Sequence record: MT679221.1
Length of the DNA stretch: 64,000 nucleotides
Direction: 5' to 3' (one strand)
The notes under the pieces were generated by a model. It was not told the origin of the DNA, did no database searches, and was given only the letters and a program-made list of their open reading frames with translations. Below, one piece after another: positions 47,651 to 57,790 of the stretch. Positions within the stretch are counted from its first letter, which is position 1, and every line of letters begins with the position of its first letter. Made by a program: the position numbers and the translations under genes.

Positions 47651-48322
47651 ATGCAGGGCACTGAACTCAACAAACTTTGGGAAAAACTGGTTCGTCAATT
47701 CCGCGACTTCTATCGTTATACCGATAGTGCGCATCGCATGGATCACATCAACTCAGTTAAATCAAATGCGATTCGTATCGCGTATATGCTTGGGCAAACC
47801 GAACACCTGAAGCTGATACTGATTGCGGTGGCAGCTCATGATATCTTCTCTACCAAAGAAGACCGTGCGTCTCACCACATCAAAGGGTATAGCTGGATAC
47901 TGGATAACAAGCCAGTGCTCAAACGTAAGTATAAACTTACCGATGATGAATGTTTGACGATTGCCCATGCAGTCTTAGAACACCGCAGTTCTCACAAAGG
48001 GAACTACAACGGGATTGTCTCTGAGATAGTTGCCGCAGCTGACCGCGGTATACCGTCTGTAGATGACGTGAGCAATTACATGCACCGTTCTTATCTGTTT
48101 GCCCGTGAGCAGGGTAAAAGTAAAGGTGATGCAAAATTCCACGCCGTTGGTCACGTCCAACAGAAGTTCGGACGCAACGGCGTTAGTAATGTCCCTAGTT
48201 GGTACGGCACGCTCTTCGCAGAGCGCATTCTGGAACGCAGGGATTTCGTGGAGCAGCTAGATATTAGCTATTTCACAGATACCATTATCGACGACCTCGA
48301 AGCTCGTCTTTCACACGATTAA
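47651..48322 (+). CDS. HD-domain metal-dependent phosphohydrolase
   Basis: AHRMDH...AAHDI...HH..G...LEHRSS...AAAD. Confidence 0.88.
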   Translation: MQGTELNKLWEKLVRQFRDFYRYTDSAHRMDHINSVKSNAIRIAYMLGQTEHLKLILIAVAAHDIFSTKEDRASHHIKGYSWILDNKPVLKRKYKLTDDECLTIAHAVLEHRSSHKGNYNGIVSEIVAAADRGIPSVDDVSNYMHRSYLFAREQGKSKGDAKFHAVGHVQQKFGRNGVSNVPSWYGTLFAERILERRDFVEQLDISYFTDTIIDDLEARLSHD

Positions 48323-48348
48323 TCACACTGACCTTAAGGAATATTAAG

Positions 48349-48837
48349 ATGGCTGAAGTAACTTCAATGAAAGCACTGCACAAACTGATCGCTGAACTGG
48401 ACACGCCTGCGGCAACCCTGTCCGAAGACCTGGCGCTGAACGCTGACCCGCTGGTTAAGATTTACGAAGAAACACTTCCGACAACTCGCGTCGGTGATGT
48501 GGACTATCGCTTCACACTGGAAGACGCGGACGCTCTGCGACAGCACGACGCAAACTTCACTGAACTGTTCGGTGGCGTTGCCGGTGGTCTGATTGCTGAC
48601 CGTGCAAAAGCGGATAGCGAAATCGGTGCACTGGACTTAACGCTCGATATCGGTAACGCGGCATTCTCTACCGTGTTCTCTCGTCCGGTTACTGAAAACC
48701 CAACTCAGAAAGAATGGGCAGCGTCCATCTCTTACGGTTTCGGTTCTCCGAAGTCTAAAGCGTTGGAAGGCAAGCTGCGTAAAGAGTTTGCCAAGTCCAT
48801 GATGGCAACCGATGAAGAAGACGAAGACGACGAATAA
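48349..48837 (+). CDS. Hypothetical protein with strongly acidic C-terminal tail
   Basis: 162 aa, AAGGA SD, ends DEEDEDDE. Confidence 0.8.
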   Translation: MAEVTSMKALHKLIAELDTPAATLSEDLALNADPLVKIYEETLPTTRVGDVDYRFTLEDADALRQHDANFTELFGGVAGGLIADRAKADSEIGALDLTLDIGNAAFSTVFSRPVTENPTQKEWAASISYGFGSPKSKALEGKLRKEFAKSMMATDEEDEDDE

Positions 48838-49040
48838 TGATTCCGCCCAGCCCAAAGGAACTCGCTGAGCTACTCGGGGCTAAAGTGGAATGCCATCCTA
48901 ATGTGAATCCTGCTACTGGGTTACGTTGGGATGGCACCATTGCGTCACACGAGGAAATCGGTCTCACTGTCACCTTCCCTAAACCTATGCCGAAGCCGCT
49001 GCAGTTAGAAGGGCTTGCTTCGCTATACGGTTGGAAGTAG
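48837..49040 (+). CDS. Small hypothetical protein
   Basis: 67 aa, TAATG overlap, followed by a terminator. Confidence 0.6.
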   Translation: MIPPSPKELAELLGAKVECHPNVNPATGLRWDGTIASHEEIGLTVTFPKPMPKPLQLEGLASLYGWK

Positions 49041-49047
49041 TAAACAA

Positions 49048-49080
49048 TGGGGTGGTCTTATGACTGCCCTATTTTTTTTT
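49048..49080 (+). terminator. Intrinsic terminator
   Basis: TGGGGTGGTC-TTAT-GACTGCCCTA (with G-U pairs) followed by 9 T. Confidence 0.78.
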
Positions 49081-49095
49081 GATTTTGGAGCTACA

Positions 49096-49638
49096 ATGAA
49101 GCAACTTAATACTCTCGGTCAGGACGATATCAAACCGATTCCATCTGATATGAAACGTGAAGACATTATTCGACACATCAATCAGATCGGTGACGTGTTT
49201 ACGTTGTCCATGAAAGCTATACTGGAAGATGCTTTCGAAACCATTGCCGAATATCCGGTTGAGATTATTCCGCACACCATCAACGGCTACCAGCGTTTTC
49301 TCGACACAATCACCAAAGGTAGTAGTGGTCGTATTATCGCGGGCTTTATCATCCGCTTTAAGTGCCTGTTGCAAGTAGAGCTGGGTGACGATGTACTTCG
49401 TCGGCTGGAACACGAACTCATTAGCATGTCCGCCAACGACATTCTCGCGGCAGAATCAGGGCAAGGTTATAAAGACGGGATGTCTCTCTGGAAGATTGCC
49501 CACCCTGACTTGGGTGATGTTCAACCGCCGTCTGAATTCGATGTGCTCGTAACCTATCTGTTATTGCTGCAAATCAAGAACTTGCTGATTCGTGCCAATG
49601 CGCAGCGTGAAATCGATGCCGGCCAACCGAAAAAATAA
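49096..49638 (+). CDS. Hypothetical helical protein
   Basis: ATG at 49096 after GGAG SD; the longer ORF call runs through a terminator. Confidence 0.72.
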   Translation: MKQLNTLGQDDIKPIPSDMKREDIIRHINQIGDVFTLSMKAILEDAFETIAEYPVEIIPHTINGYQRFLDTITKGSSGRIIAGFIIRFKCLLQVELGDDVLRRLEHELISMSANDILAAESGQGYKDGMSLWKIAHPDLGDVQPPSEFDVLVTYLLLLQIKNLLIRANAQREIDAGQPKK

Positions 49639-49685
49639 AACGTACCTCTCTCCATTTGGAGAGAGGTAACGCTTGTTTTTTTTTT
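49631..49685. terminator. Bidirectional intrinsic terminator
   Basis: TACCTCTCTCC-ATTT-GGAGAGAGGTA with A- and T-tracts, between convergent genes. Confidence 0.9.
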
Positions 49686-49688
49686 GTC

Positions 49689-50564
49689 TTAGCGCATCTG
49701 GTTGGCCATCTGCTCGTCGGAGACAGAGTTGTAACCACCTGGGGTTGCGTTGACGTCCGGGTTGATACCATCGGTCTGCTGAGACGGAGTGAGCCACAGT
49801 TTGCGTTCGTAAGGACGCAGACCGTACAGCTTCATACGCTCCAGCTCTTTCGCAGCGGCCTGCATCGGACCCCAACCCGTCCATTGCTGGGAGGTAAAGG
49901 CGATTGACAGTTCGTTAATCTGCGGACCGGTGTTGGTTTCACGCTCACCGATATCCTGGCCAGCGGTTTCCGGAATCATGTTCGTTAACCACCACGCGTT
50001 CTGCGGTTTACGCTGATACGCATCCGGCTCGATGAACAGCACGGTCATGCTGTACATATCCGGCAAGTGGTCAGGAACGTTCGGGTTGATTGCGGCCAGG
50101 CCTGGGTGACCAGTCTGGGGATCACAAACACCGTAAACCAGCCACGCCCACAGCATGTTCTGGTACACCTTCCCGAGTTTATCCGGGGTGGTGAAGGTAA
50201 CAGAGGACAGTGCTTCCGTTACCAGACCAGCTTCATACTGGGTACGGTTGTTACGACCCTGCTGAGTTTCAACAGCCGCATGGCTCAGGGTTTTATCCAG
50301 GCCAGTAATCTCGGAGTGAACCTCGATAAAGGACTTGATAGCCTGACGCCACATCTGTGGGTTCGGCATGTAATCCACCCAACGAGGGAATTCCATGACG
50401 CGCGCAATGACGTTACGACGCAGACGAGAGGCGTTAGTAACGAACTTGCCAACCTGTCCAACCGGGCCGTTTTGGCCCGAGGAGAACGCGTTGACCATAT
50501 CGTACTGGCCGCCGTCGACGTGCAGACCCTGATCAGGCAAAATGAGACGATCTTTGATTGCCAT
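49689..50564 (-). CDS. Tail tube protein
   Basis: 291 aa directly downstream of the sheath gene; MTVLFIEPD...NAWWLTNMIPETAG...INELSIAFT pattern of the phiKZ-type tube. Confidence 0.82.
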   Translation of the reverse strand: MAIKDRLILPDQGLHVDGGQYDMVNAFSSGQNGPVGQVGKFVTNASRLRRNVIARVMEFPRWVDYMPNPQMWRQAIKSFIEVHSEITGLDKTLSHAAVETQQGRNNRTQYEAGLVTEALSSVTFTTPDKLGKVYQNMLWAWLVYGVCDPQTGHPGLAAINPNVPDHLPDMYSMTVLFIEPDAYQRKPQNAWWLTNMIPETAGQDIGERETNTGPQINELSIAFTSQQWTGWGPMQAAAKELERMKLYGLRPYERKLWLTPSQQTDGINPDVNATPGGYNSVSDEQMANQMR

Positions 50565-50567
50565 CTA

Positions 50568-52613
50568 TTAGCTCTCCCGACGGTAAACTTTGATAGTGGT
50601 GTTGAACTGGGTGAGCAGCACACCGCCTTCAGCGATCAGGTCCAGCGTCACAGAGTAACCATTGGATTTATCGTCTGCAGTGAAGTACGCCTTCGGAGTG
50701 ACGACAGCAACGTTATCGAGACGGCCTTCCAGACGTTCGATAATTTTGTTCTCAATCATCTTCGCACGTTCATCATCCGTCATGGCCGCTTCGCCAGACA
50801 TGTCCGCCCATACACGGTCGGAAACACGATAGACGTAGGTCATCATGAAGTTGAAAAGGGCGTTGTTCAGTACAGAACGATCTTCGCTGTAGATTGACTG
50901 AATCGCCGGAATGAACAAGCGATAGTAGTCGTAGGAACGGGCAGTGATCAGCGACACATCCCAGTCAGATGCATACACTTCGTTACCTTTCCACGGCATA
51001 CTCAGGTCAGTCAGATCTTCGATAATCGTCAGTTCGCCACGGCTGAAACGATAAGCCGGTTTTGCACGACCTTCAGCAGCACCCAGGTACTTCGAGAAGA
51101 AGTTCGCCAGGGAATAGTTCATCGGAACAGGCTTCTTGTAGGAAGAGTTCTTGATGAACGCCGATTGGCCGGTGACCATACCACGTGCAGCCGGAGTGCC
51201 GTAATAGGCAGATTCCGGTACCGCTGTGATCAATTCGATCAGGGCGATTTTTGCACTTTCTTCTGCCTGCTCATCGTTACGGCCTTGGCTGTAAACGTGA
51301 GTCGCCAGCGTCAAGAAGGTGTTACGTGAACGACCGATGAAGTTCACGAGCGCAGCTTTAGTATCGAAGCTAAAGCCGGAGTCCCAGAAACAACCCAGCG
51401 AGTATTTCAGCTCGTTGTCGTAACGGACTTTACCTCCATCCGGGAACAGCAACATTTCACGGCGAACGAGTTCGTCGTAAACGTCGTTGTTCATGGTACC
51501 ATCGCTACCACCTTGCAGGTAGTGGATGTTGGATGAGGAGAACACAACTTTACCGGTTTCAGTAGCCGGGTTTACCTGAAGACCATCGTAAGGCTGGCCC
51601 AGTAAATCATAGCCGCCAAAGATGTCAACCATATACGGGTCAGTAGGCGCTTCAGTCGTGATAGCGGCCTGAGCCAATCCCAGTACAGTTTCCAGGTTCT
51701 CGCGATACAGATAGAACTGCTCGAAAGGACCATAATCTGGCAGCTCGCCAATGTCAGGCATCGTCTGACGATATGCATCCGCAACAACAACTTCGAAGTC
51801 GAGTTGCGTTCTCATCGGCTGATAGTATGCATCGGGCTTAAAGCTAAAATTGATGCTACTCATGCCAGTGAGAGTTTTCCACACTACCGGAGAAGTCACA
51901 CCTGCCAGGGTTTCGAACCATTGCAGGGTGTAAACACGACCACCGACTTCATTTTGATAGGAGGAGGTCAGAGCCGGGCTGGATTTCTCGCTGAGTGGGA
52001 TCAGTTTGAAACCGAAACCGTTGACGTCAGCACCCGCATACGGGCCTGCGATATCGAACAACGGATACAGCTTCGATTTCGTGCCGCCTTCGCCAGTCAT
52101 CGTCCCCTCGATAACCACACCTGCGCCGATGGCCGGGGTAGTTTCGTCGATTACGACAGAACGGAAGACGATTACCAAACCGTCAACTTGTTCTTTGATC
52201 TTGGGCTTGCCTGAGTTGTCGTACTGAACGATCCCGTTGCTGTCGCGTTCGTAGGACGGAACTTTCGTTTCGAGTACGTCGGCGAATACGCGAACACTTG
52301 CGGTTTTCGCATCTTCAGGGATCAAGCGCTGATACATACACTCGTTTGCGTTAGCGTTGAACATCGCCTGATAGGGCGTGTTAAACGTCGCGTAGGGGCC
52401 TCGCAAGTCAAAGACATTGCGACCAAGCAGAGACAGTGCATTATCCCCGGTTAACGGGAACGCCTCGTTGTCTACCCCGCGCGCGGCAAAGGTGAAGATC
52501 AGCGGCTTATGAATTGCGTCACCCGTAGGGGTACGCACAAGCTCGGGGACAGAGTTATCCTGCCAACCTTGCTTGTTATTCAACGGCGCGCCGTTTCGTG
52601 GAATAAAAGTCAT
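50568..52613 (-). CDS. Major tail sheath protein
   Basis: 681 aa; LQGGSDG and FWDSGFSFDTK motifs and sheath-like C-terminus; canonical sheath-tube order. Confidence 0.88.
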   Translation of the reverse strand: MTFIPRNGAPLNNKQGWQDNSVPELVRTPTGDAIHKPLIFTFAARGVDNEAFPLTGDNALSLLGRNVFDLRGPYATFNTPYQAMFNANANECMYQRLIPEDAKTASVRVFADVLETKVPSYERDSNGIVQYDNSGKPKIKEQVDGLVIVFRSVVIDETTPAIGAGVVIEGTMTGEGGTKSKLYPLFDIAGPYAGADVNGFGFKLIPLSEKSSPALTSSYQNEVGGRVYTLQWFETLAGVTSPVVWKTLTGMSSINFSFKPDAYYQPMRTQLDFEVVVADAYRQTMPDIGELPDYGPFEQFYLYRENLETVLGLAQAAITTEAPTDPYMVDIFGGYDLLGQPYDGLQVNPATETGKVVFSSSNIHYLQGGSDGTMNNDVYDELVRREMLLFPDGGKVRYDNELKYSLGCFWDSGFSFDTKAALVNFIGRSRNTFLTLATHVYSQGRNDEQAEESAKIALIELITAVPESAYYGTPAARGMVTGQSAFIKNSSYKKPVPMNYSLANFFSKYLGAAEGRAKPAYRFSRGELTIIEDLTDLSMPWKGNEVYASDWDVSLITARSYDYYRLFIPAIQSIYSEDRSVLNNALFNFMMTYVYRVSDRVWADMSGEAAMTDDERAKMIENKIIERLEGRLDNVAVVTPKAYFTADDKSNGYSVTLDLIAEGGVLLTQFNTTIKVYRRES

Positions 52614-52670
52614 GGAACGTCTCCATATATTCGTCTTAAAGACCTGATGGTCATACTAAGGATCATACTC

Positions 52671-53576
52671 ATGGCACTCGAAAACGCTTACAGCGGTAAT
52701 CCCTTTAATGCACTTGACCTTACTCGCACCAAGGCAGACCTGGAATTAGCCCGTAAACTTAACCAAACTGTCTCGCAGTCCGATGAAGTTCATTACGTTG
52801 TTGAGACCGCTGATGTAAAACCGTTTCCTTTGCCGATTGTTATCGGCGACGACGTTTATGTATACGCAGCCACGTTTACCACGCTGGATAAGACCAACGA
52901 GCTAAAAATACGAAACCCAGTCGAACACGCATTGCGTCTCGACCAGGCTCGCTGGGAATTGGTGTGGAAACGGAGTAATGGTAAGCTTGCTGCACTGATG
53001 GCACAGATGCCCTACCACCATGAGATTTTCAGCAAATGGGTGTCGGATGCGATTACCCACACGTTTGCACTTGCTCCATATCAAAGTGGGCAAATCAAAG
53101 CGTTGGCTGCATTATTCTCAGTGGGGCAGTTCTATAACCACGTCGAAGATGACGTGAAAGCGTTACGTTTGCAGCAGATGCTGGAGCAGCAATTAGGCTT
53201 ACCTGCGGAACTGTTTGAATCAGTGACAGGCCACACAGAATATCTTTTCCCGCGTAATATCGCAGAATTCGTCGAAATGGTGCAGGCTGCAGATATCACT
53301 CCGCGGGTGCGTGACCTGAGCATTCTGTCTCTGCAGCAGATGTTGAATACCAGCTTCTTCGGGGTGAGTTATGAAAAACAACTCGCTACCAGCGCCATCG
53401 AATATCCGCCTAGCCTCTTCGTTATGATTAAGGCTTGTCTGGATAATAACATGTTTAACCGCAGTCGGTTAGGTGGGATTGTGAAGAAGTCAGACACCGC
53501 TAAGAAACGCGATAAGTTTGAATTCACTTACAACCTTCTGTTGAATCAAAACACCAAACCACTGAACATCAAGTAA
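52671..53576 (+). CDS. Virion structural protein (phiKZ gp28-like)
   Basis: ATG at 52671 after AAGGA; divergent from the sheath gene as in phiKZ-like phages. Confidence 0.7.
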   Translation: MALENAYSGNPFNALDLTRTKADLELARKLNQTVSQSDEVHYVVETADVKPFPLPIVIGDDVYVYAATFTTLDKTNELKIRNPVEHALRLDQARWELVWKRSNGKLAALMAQMPYHHEIFSKWVSDAITHTFALAPYQSGQIKALAALFSVGQFYNHVEDDVKALRLQQMLEQQLGLPAELFESVTGHTEYLFPRNIAEFVEMVQAADITPRVRDLSILSLQQMLNTSFFGVSYEKQLATSAIEYPPSLFVMIKACLDNNMFNRSRLGGIVKKSDTAKKRDKFEFTYNLLLNQNTKPLNIK

Positions 53577-53586
53577 GAGGCCCACT

Positions 53587-56100
53587 ATGGAGAACTGGCT
53601 GGTCGCTCACGCCGTTAAAAATGCGTGGCAGCGTCCGTACCTCGATGGGGTGTTGAACATTGCGCCTTTTCGATTAACTGAAAAGACCGGAGCGATCGGG
53701 TTTTTCAAGCACGGGCGTAATCCGATTCCTTTACCGGGCGAGGGGTGGTGGCACGCGTTTGTAATTGACAAGCTCCACCTCAACTACGGCAACTTGAGCA
53801 TCCCTCTTGAGCGCTGGAAGAAACTTACTACGTGTGTAAATAACTTCCATGCGTGGATGCAGGTGTACAACGAAGATGGGACAATTATCCCGTCGAACTC
53901 TGTGTATTTCTGGCGGACACTCTCTGGTCAGATTTACATGGCGATTCCGCAAACGGAACGCTACAAGTGGTTAGACGACACGCCATGTTATTTGCGCATT
54001 TATGCCGGTAATGATGGCGGTGAAAACGCTCCTGTTGTTAAACCAACATTCATCGAACCGTATAATCCGCCGAACCCACAACAGATTCAAATCGTCTTAG
54101 ACCGTTATAATCTACTGAAGAGCCAGAAAATCGGCTATGTCGATTTCTGGGTAAACGGAAAGATGATTGTCGATCCTAAACCTGGGGATATCAAAGCATG
54201 GGATGATGTTGAAATCCGTGTCGATGGACGTATTCGTCGTGTGGTTGAATACCGTTGTGGGGATTTGCAAACGTTCTACTCAACGCTTGACCAAACACGA
54301 AAATACTTGCTGCACATTCCAAAAGGGGACGGCGTTTGGATTTTCAACAACGACTGTGAAATTCAGTTGTTGTGGAAAGGCGAGGGACGTTACTACCATC
54401 GTCACCGCCATCTGGCCGTACGACAATTGACGTGGAACGATCTATCGATTCCTTCGATGCGGATTTCGAAGTACCGCACCGCGTTCAATACCCCGATGAA
54501 TGATATCGACGAACTAACGATTCGTTTATTGATACGCGACGATTTCCTTGACCTGAAGCCGCTGTATAATTCCACCCACACACATGATCTCTATCGTCTT
54601 AGCGACGAGCAAATCATCGGTGCGATGGTGGGGGCAAACTCCAACGTACCAGAGTGGACCGCAGCAGCGCTCGAAGAATCGGCAGCGAATCGGTTAGCGG
54701 CAGCCAAACTCCGGAACATCACACGCGATCTCTGCACTGACGCGTACGGCTACAATGCTGCCGCACGTTACAGTGCCGACACTCCACAGCGTCTGGAACT
54801 TACATCCGGTGGTTATCGCGGTACTCTGCCCGACTTACTGGCAACACTGTCAACTGTATACGAGTACGATGCCGATGGGTTGCTGTTAGAACATCACCGT
54901 AATGCAGGCTACGATGTTTACATCCCTCGCAATCCAGAAGCACGAATCATCGAGGCTATTGCAGGCGAAGTCTCGGATGCGGTGAAGGTTGTTGACAACG
55001 CACCTGACTTTGAAATTGAGCCAGGTTCAAACGTTGGGCTCTGGATTCGAATGGTCGTCGGGGAAGTTCCAACTAACGACTACTACAAAGCCGAGGAAGG
55101 AACGGATTATACCCGCGACGGAAATAAAATCACCTGGACCGTAGATCGGACACGACGTCACCCGACAGTGATTTACGACGACTTCCATCTGTTCTTCGAA
55201 GTGGATGTTAAGGTGTCGGAAGGTCAGATACGTATTCCGATTGTAGCACGTAACCAAGACGGGCAGCAGCGCACGCTGTGGCTACCGATGGAAACGGTTG
55301 AAGTGTGGTTGAACAACCACCCACTGGTGCACGGTATCGATTACCACACCCGCTGGCCGGAAATTGTGGTGGTTTGTAAAGCATGGATGGCGGACGGGGA
55401 TACAAATAAAATCTCAGTGCGTTGTCGTGGCGTGACCGGTGAACTCCGTATTCCTAAACACGGTTTCGTGTCAAGCGGACTGCTGTCTAATAACAACCAG
55501 TTTGATTGCCGTGACGACAAAGTGATTCGTGTCGTGGGTGGTGGTTCACTGCTATTGCGTGACGAAGTCGTGTTCCGTGAAGACAACACTGTAGGTGTCG
55601 ACATCGTACAAGACGGATTCCCATACTCGGTCGACGATCCGACTATTCCGTTGCGGACGCTGGTAAGCGGCGATACGTACGACTTGCGCGACGCTGCCCG
55701 TGATTTGGACACACGCGTCGAGGCTTATCTGTCTAACTGGTTCCCGACACCTCCACCGGTTAACCCGGTACCGTTGCCGTATCTGTATCACCTCTATTCG
55801 CCAACCCTGAACAAGATCTTGTGGGACTACTTGCAAGGTATTCTGATTCTGCGGGAAGACGATCCGGAGTATCGTATCTCGACGTCACAGCTGGATAACA
55901 TCATGGAGCGTTATAAAGACCTCCTGCCGTTTGACCCGGCCTATATCGGTTACGATAAAGCGTTTGTGAAACTGCATCCGCATGTGAAGTACGAAACGGT
56001 AGAAATCAACGAACTTGGCTTTGCTTTCTTAGACCGCGTCAATGAACGTTATCTGAATGGCGAAGTGCAGCTTAATCAGTATCTGATAATCAAGGGTTAA
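53587..56100 (+). CDS. Virion structural / baseplate protein (phiKZ gp27-like)
   Basis: 837 aa, GAGG SD, conserved order before terminase. Confidence 0.72.
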   Translation: MENWLVAHAVKNAWQRPYLDGVLNIAPFRLTEKTGAIGFFKHGRNPIPLPGEGWWHAFVIDKLHLNYGNLSIPLERWKKLTTCVNNFHAWMQVYNEDGTIIPSNSVYFWRTLSGQIYMAIPQTERYKWLDDTPCYLRIYAGNDGGENAPVVKPTFIEPYNPPNPQQIQIVLDRYNLLKSQKIGYVDFWVNGKMIVDPKPGDIKAWDDVEIRVDGRIRRVVEYRCGDLQTFYSTLDQTRKYLLHIPKGDGVWIFNNDCEIQLLWKGEGRYYHRHRHLAVRQLTWNDLSIPSMRISKYRTAFNTPMNDIDELTIRLLIRDDFLDLKPLYNSTHTHDLYRLSDEQIIGAMVGANSNVPEWTAAALEESAANRLAAAKLRNITRDLCTDAYGYNAAARYSADTPQRLELTSGGYRGTLPDLLATLSTVYEYDADGLLLEHHRNAGYDVYIPRNPEARIIEAIAGEVSDAVKVVDNAPDFEIEPGSNVGLWIRMVVGEVPTNDYYKAEEGTDYTRDGNKITWTVDRTRRHPTVIYDDFHLFFEVDVKVSEGQIRIPIVARNQDGQQRTLWLPMETVEVWLNNHPLVHGIDYHTRWPEIVVVCKAWMADGDTNKISVRCRGVTGELRIPKHGFVSSGLLSNNNQFDCRDDKVIRVVGGGSLLLRDEVVFREDNTVGVDIVQDGFPYSVDDPTIPLRTLVSGDTYDLRDAARDLDTRVEAYLSNWFPTPPPVNPVPLPYLYHLYSPTLNKILWDYLQGILILREDDPEYRISTSQLDNIMERYKDLLPFDPAYIGYDKAFVKLHPHVKYETVEINELGFAFLDRVNERYLNGEVQLNQYLIIKG

Positions 56101-56102
56101 TC

Positions 56103-57746
56103 ATGGCGAAGATTGCGTCCAAATTAATCGACAAGGATCGCGGGTTCGAAGTCTGGGACCCGAGTGAATTGTACGAACCAAACAAACCAACAGGTTACGT
56201 ACCTAACCCACGTGACCTTATCGTGAACGACATGACCTCCGGGTTTGACCGTGTGGTTAGCGTAAACTATTCGGTACCGTCGTGGGAAACAGAACCGTTC
56301 GGTGGCGTTGGTGTGGCAAACCAAGACGGGCGTCTTAATGGTCACTACCCACTACGCTCTGACAGATATCGCGTCTACGTGGACAGCACCAAACTTCCAC
56401 CGACGATGGTTATTGATGATGCCGTCACTTTCAACGGTCCCGATATCGACGGTGTGCGTATCTTGCGTGGCTCATCTGTAAATGATGATGCGGAAATCCT
56501 GTCTGGTTATTACAAAGACGGGGTTCTGAAAAAGAACTATCTGCCGGTGCAGACTATCAGTGCGGCTGACGCAGAAACCGTGGTGAAGCAAGCGATTCCT
56601 GGGAGCTGTCTGGCCGAAGTCAGTAACGGCGAAGAGTGTACCTTCCTGGTCTACTCCGACGTCGGTAACGTTGTTCAGATCGCTCACGGTCACATCATCA
56701 AGACCAATCTGGTGATGGCGCAAGAGACTCCGTCTCGCACTGTGTTAGGTATTAAACTGGTTTCACCGTTCCTGGTAGACGACAACGGTACTACGCTGAC
56801 GCTGCCGATTAACATCCCGCTGGAATCTATTCCGCTGTGGTGTGACATCCAGTACAGCGACGGAACCAAACGCCTACCTATTGATGGCTCGCGTGTGAAG
56901 TTTAACGGTCTGCGCAACTCTGGTGCTCACGACACATTCTACATTGCGTCAAACGCCGGTAATGAGTTACCTTGCCAGTTAAGCTATCAGTTGGCCCGTG
57001 GTGAAACCTACGGTGGCACCGATATCGTTAAAGATACGATTGTCAAAGACTACACCGCTGTGACCGAAACTGTTGATGGGGCGTACTCCATGAAGCTGTT
57101 TGTGGTTCCGCGTTGGTTGGATGCGAACCGTGGCTATCGTCTGTCGTTCCTGTTGTACAACCTGACTCGCGGCCAAGTCTACGACGCGACCGCAAACATC
57201 CAGTACACCACAGGGACTACTTTCGACCCACTATTGATGGGTGTGAAACAGCGTCTGAACGTGCAGGTGGATATCAGCAAAGTGAATCCACAGTTCCGCG
57301 CATTCATCCAGGCGCAGTCTTTCGCCATCACACTGGTTAACCCAGGTAACGAGTTGAACACCAACTTCCTTATCGAGTACCTGCCTGATGGGTTGGTCTA
57401 TGGTAATGAAATTTGGGCGGAGTTCAAATACTCTAACGTCAACTACTCCACGCTGAACCTTCGTTGTGGTTGTGCCTCTAAAGCCGAGTGGCTTAAAGCG
57501 TTGTACGAGCCGGTTTATCCACTCTACGATCGTCGTAATGAATCTGAGGCTCCCGAGCCTACACACTTTGAGGTGCATGTCGGTGGTAAGGTTTACACCC
57601 ACAGCATCGATGAGTGGTTAAATGAGCAAACGGTAGATTATCGTATCGCTCTGGACGATTCGTTAGTTATTCGCTGGATTCGTCGCACTCCTACGGATAC
57701 GCTTAACCTCGCGGCTACGCCAATGCTGGCGCACCACATCGAGTAA
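56103..57746 (+). CDS. Virion structural / baseplate protein (phiKZ gp26-like)
   Basis: 547 aa, beta-rich, directly upstream of terminase. Confidence 0.72.
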   Translation: MAKIASKLIDKDRGFEVWDPSELYEPNKPTGYVPNPRDLIVNDMTSGFDRVVSVNYSVPSWETEPFGGVGVANQDGRLNGHYPLRSDRYRVYVDSTKLPPTMVIDDAVTFNGPDIDGVRILRGSSVNDDAEILSGYYKDGVLKKNYLPVQTISAADAETVVKQAIPGSCLAEVSNGEECTFLVYSDVGNVVQIAHGHIIKTNLVMAQETPSRTVLGIKLVSPFLVDDNGTTLTLPINIPLESIPLWCDIQYSDGTKRLPIDGSRVKFNGLRNSGAHDTFYIASNAGNELPCQLSYQLARGETYGGTDIVKDTIVKDYTAVTETVDGAYSMKLFVVPRWLDANRGYRLSFLLYNLTRGQVYDATANIQYTTGTTFDPLLMGVKQRLNVQVDISKVNPQFRAFIQAQSFAITLVNPGNELNTNFLIEYLPDGLVYGNEIWAEFKYSNVNYSTLNLRCGCASKAEWLKALYEPVYPLYDRRNESEAPEPTHFEVHVGGKVYTHSIDEWLNEQTVDYRIALDDSLVIRWIRRTPTDTLNLAATPMLAHHIE

Positions 57747-57754
57747 CAAACCTT

Positions 57755-57778
57755 CCTCCACCCCTTCGGGGGTGGAGG
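57755..57778 (+). promoter_or_regulatory. cUUCGg hairpin directly upstream of the terminase RBS, no U-tract
   Basis: CCTCCACCCC-TTCG-GGGGTGGAGG, 12 nt before the ATG at 57791. Confidence 0.65.
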
Positions 57779-57790
57779 TATGGAGATTGT

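Noticed and set aside
49015-49095. N-terminal extension of the 49015 ORF call
   Set aside because: It crosses a terminator and a poly-T run; the ATG at 49096 has a proper SD.
50067-50897. 276-aa ORF antisense to the tail tube and sheath genes
   Set aside because: Shadow ORF opposite clear structural genes; no motifs.
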